The notes beneath the pieces are model-generated. The model saw nothing but the letters and a program-made list of their open reading frames with translations. It made no database searches and was not told where the DNA came from. This document shows, piece after piece, positions 35,167-37,786 of a stretch of DNA of 37,786 bases; the stretch's first letter is position 1, and each line of letters starts with the position of its first letter. Origin of the DNA: Acidithiobacillales bacterium (GTDB lineage Bacteria; Acidobacteriota; Thermoanaerobaculia; UBA5066); contig JBLMYG010000124.1 in the NCBI GenBank assembly GCA_050258155.1, forward strand, positions 1-37,786. The letters run 5' to 3'. Position numbers and translations under genes: made by a program.

Positions 35167-37786
35167 CTACGGTGCAGGGCACCGGTAGCGGACCGACCGG
35201 GGGCCGAGGAGGCTCTCGAGCCGCGCCGTCAGCTCCGGCGTCGGGCGCACCGCGTAGCGGGGGCCCAGCTTCACGCGGGCCTCGAAATGGCCCGCCCGGC
35301 GGAGCTCGAACGTGACCGGGACGCTCCCGGGCGACGCCTCGAGCAGCTCCTTCACGCCGGCGAAGGTCTCGTCGAGCGTCTCCGGAATCGCGGCGACGAG
35401 AAAGACCTCGCGCGCGCTCTGCTCCCGCAGCCCCTCCAGCTGCTCGATCTCGCGCGCGATGATCTCCACGGGGACGGGACCCCCCTCGCCCTCGTCCGGC
35501 GCGGGCGCTCCCGGGGCGAATGCCGAACGGACCGTGCCTGTGACGCGAACCGGACGGCCGGTCTCGAGCCAGCCGCCGACCTTCTCGAGAAGACTCGCGA
35601 AGATGGTGACCGGTACGCTCCCCGTGAGATCCTCGAGCGTCGCCTTGGCCATCACCTTCCCTTCGTTCTGTCCCTTCTTTATCTGGGTCTTCTTCAGCGT
35701 GGCGACGAGGCCGATGATCCGGATCTGCTGATCCAGGCGCTCGTGCGCCGTGGCGGCCGTGACGTCGCCGAAGAGGCGGATCTCTTCCACGTACCGGGCG
35801 AGCGGGTGGCCGGTGATGTAGAAGCCGAGCGACTCCTTCTCGTGCCGGATCCTCTCCTCGGCCGGGGCCTCGGGGAGGTCCGGGAACCGGTCCTCGAGCG
35901 ACGCCTCGGGCGCCACCTCGAAGAGGACGCTCTGCGACGAGGCCTGCGCCTCGCGATGCGCGGCGGCCAGCTCCATCGCGGCCGGAAGGCCCGCGAGCAG
36001 GGCTGCCCGGCTCTTCCCGAGCGAGTCGAAGGACCCCGACTTGACGAGCGCCTCCACGACCTTCCTGTTGGCGAGGCGGAGGTCGACCCGCGCGCAGAAA
36101 TCGGTCAGCGACCGGAACGGCCCGTCCGCGGACCTCGCCTCCAGGATGGAGGCGACGGCACCCTCCCCCACCCCCTTCACGGCGCCGAGGCCGAAGCGGA
36201 TGGCGCCGCCGTCGGGCGTGAAGGAGAGATCGGAGGCGTTCACGTCGGGGGGCAGGACGTTGATCTTCATCTCGCGGCAGGTCGCGACGTACCTCACGAC
36301 GTCGTCGGACTTCCCCGAGTTCGCCGTGAGGGTCGCCGCGAGGAACTCCACCGGGTAATGGACCTTCATCCACGCGGTCCGGTAGGCGAGAAGCGCGTAG
36401 ACGACCGAATGCGACTTGTTGAAGCCGTACCGGCCGAAGGGGAGGATGAGCGCCCAGAGCTGCTCGGCCTTCTTCCGGGGCGTCCCGGCGGCGACCGCCT
36501 TCCGGAGGAACTTCTCCCCTTCGGCCGACAGCAGCGCCTCGTCCTTCTTGCCGATCGCCTTCCGGAGCTTGTCCGCCTCTCCCGGCGAGTAGCCGGCCAC
36601 CGCCTGCGCCGCAAGCATCACCTGCTCCTGGTAGACGAGGATTCCGTGCGTCTCCCGGAGGATCGGCGTGAGCTGCGGCAGCGGGTCCTCGTAGGGCTTG
36701 CCGCGCCGCCGCTCGATGTAGGTCTCCACGGTCCCCGCGTCGAGAGCGCCGGGCCGGTAGAGGGCGTTGAGTGCGCAGAGGTCCTCGAAGGCCTCGGGCC
36801 TCGCCCGCCGGAGGAGGTCGCGCATTCCCGACGACTCGAACTGGAAGACGCCGTCCGTCCGCCCCTCGGAGAAGAGCCGGTAGACCTCCAGGTCGTCGAG
36901 GGGGATCGTCGTGAGGTCGGGCCTTGCCCCCGTCCTCTTCTCGACGAACCGGAGCGCGTCGTCGAGGATCGTCAGCGTGATCAGCCCGAGGAAGTCCATC
37001 TTCAGGAGGCCCATCCGGTCGACGGACTTCATCTCGAACTGCGTCGTGATCTCCTCGTTGTTGTTCCGGTAGAGCGGCAGGTACTCGACGAGCGGCCGCG
37101 GCGCGATGAGGATCCCGGCCGCGTGGACGCCGGCGTGCCGCGAGACCCCTTCCAGGCGCTCCGCCACGTCGAAGAGGTGCCGGTAGGTCTCGCTCCCCTG
37201 GAGCGCGTCCGACAGCTCCCTCACGCTTCGCCGCGCCTCCGCCAGCGTCACGGGCTTTCCCGGGCTGGCCGGGATCATCCCGCAGAGCCGGTTCACCTCC
37301 GGGAGCGGCACCTCGAGGACGCGCCCCACGTCGCGGATGACGGCCCGCGCCTTCATCGAGTTGAAGGTGATGATCTGGCCGACGTTCTCCCTCCCGTACT
37401 TCTGGCGAACGTAGTCGATGACCTCTCCACGCCGCCGCTCGCAGAGATCGACGTCGATGTCGGGCATCGAGACCCGATCGGGGTTCAGGAACCGCTCGAA
37501 GAGAAGGCCGTACGCGAGCGGATCGACCTCCGTGATGCCGAGCGACCAGGCGACGAGGGAGCCGGCCGCGCTCCCCCGCCCCGGACCGACCGGGATTCCG
37601 CTGTCGCGGGCGAACCGTATGAAGTCCCAGACGATGAGGAAGTAGCTCGCGAGCCCCATCTTCCGGATGACGGCCAGCTCCCACGCCAGCCGGTCGTCGT
37701 ATTCCTCGCGGCGGCGCTTCGTCCGCCCCGCCCCGGAGCCGGTGGCGACGGGCCCGAGGCGCCGGACGAGCCCTTCCGAGGCGAGC
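35167..37786 (-). CDS. dnaE: DNA polymerase III subunit alpha (C-terminal ~870 aa; N-terminus lies outside the window)
   Basis: LAVIRKMGLASYFLIVWDFIRFARDSGIPVGPGRGSAAGSLVAWSLGITEVDPL, MPDIDVDLC, VSRHAGVHAAGILIA, FLGL.TLT, FNKSHSVVYALLAYRTAWMKVHYP and an OB-fold tail. The reading frame continues open to the window edge. Confidence 0.95.
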   Translation of the reverse strand, partial: LASEGLVRRLGPVATGSGAGRTKRRREEYDDRLAWELAVIRKMGLASYFLIVWDFIRFARDSGIPVGPGRGSAAGSLVAWSLGITEVDPLAYGLLFERFLNPDRVSMPDIDVDLCERRRGEVIDYVRQKYGRENVGQIITFNSMKARAVIRDVGRVLEVPLPEVNRLCGMIPASPGKPVTLAEARRSVRELSDALQGSETYRHLFDVAERLEGVSRHAGVHAAGILIAPRPLVEYLPLYRNNNEEITTQFEMKSVDRMGLLKMDFLGLITLTILDDALRFVEKRTGARPDLTTIPLDDLEVYRLFSEGRTDGVFQFESSGMRDLLRRARPEAFEDLCALNALYRPGALDAGTVETYIERRRGKPYEDPLPQLTPILRETHGILVYQEQVMLAAQAVAGYSPGEADKLRKAIGKKDEALLSAEGEKFLRKAVAAGTPRKKAEQLWALILPFGRYGFNKSHSVVYALLAYRTAWMKVHYPVEFLAATLTANSGKSDDVVRYVATCREMKINVLPPDVNASDLSFTPDGGAIRFGLGAVKGVGEGAVASILEARSADGPFRSLTDFCARVDLRLANRKVVEALVKSGSFDSLGKSRAALLAGLPAAMELAAAHREAQASSQSVLFEVAPEASLEDRFPDLPEAPAEERIRHEKESLGFYITGHPLARYVEEIRLFGDVTAATAHERLDQQIRIIGLVATLKKTQIKKGQNEGKVMAKATLEDLTGSVPVTIFASLLEKVGGWLETGRPVRVTGTVRSAFAPGAPAPDEGEGGPVPVEIIAREIEQLEGLREQSAREVFLVAAIPETLDETFAGVKELLEASPGSVPVTFELRRAGHFEARVKLGPRYAVRPTPELTARLESLLGPRSVRYRCPAP

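Overview
This is a very GC-rich (by eye about 70%) chromosomal segment from a diderm, LPS-producing bacterium. The gene set fits Acidobacteriota or a similar high-GC Gram-negative lineage, but that taxonomic guess is inference only. I see no rRNA, tRNA, CRISPR array, transposase, integrase or phage genes, so this reads as core housekeeping DNA rather than an accessory island.

There are two transcription blocks.

(1) Plus strand, 1..30244, about 30 tightly packed genes:
- rpsA (3' end), an IHF-like gene, a HIT hydrolase and two tiny membrane proteins
- lpxB, msbA, yicC, gmk, rpoZ
- a family-4 uracil-DNA glycosylase and a hypothetical anchored protein
- priA, accA, recJ
- a giant LptC/LptA-like protein, then lptB, rpoN, hpf, hprK, rapZ, EIIA(Man), HPr and EI
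- a cupin, a secreted hypothetical and miaB
- a promoter-like gap, then a DUF151 nuclease, parA, parB
- a 321-nt structured spacer, then a fused lptF-lptG

(2) Minus strand, 30255..37786: dnaE (partial), a CCA/poly(A) polymerase-family gene, a secreted hypothetical, rsmD, metK and ahcY.

I found no convincing novel multi-gene system. The points worth a second look are:
- LptF and LptG are encoded as a single polypeptide.
- A 662-aa membrane-anchored LptC/LptA-like protein stands in for separate lptC and lptA genes.
- Two genes have apparent N-terminal coding sequence with no ATG/GTG/TTG, but with an in-frame CTG inside a CTGA overlap on the upstream stop codon.
- 4-nt NTGA stop/start overlaps are unusually pervasive.
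- The PTS module is permease-less, linked to rpoN and lacks ptsN.
- A 3 x 9-bp tandem repeat sits in front of rpoZ.
- The parB-lptFG spacer carries strong hairpins and a palindrome.

The many long Arg/Pro/Gly-rich ORFs in other frames or on the antisense strand are GC-driven shadow ORFs.
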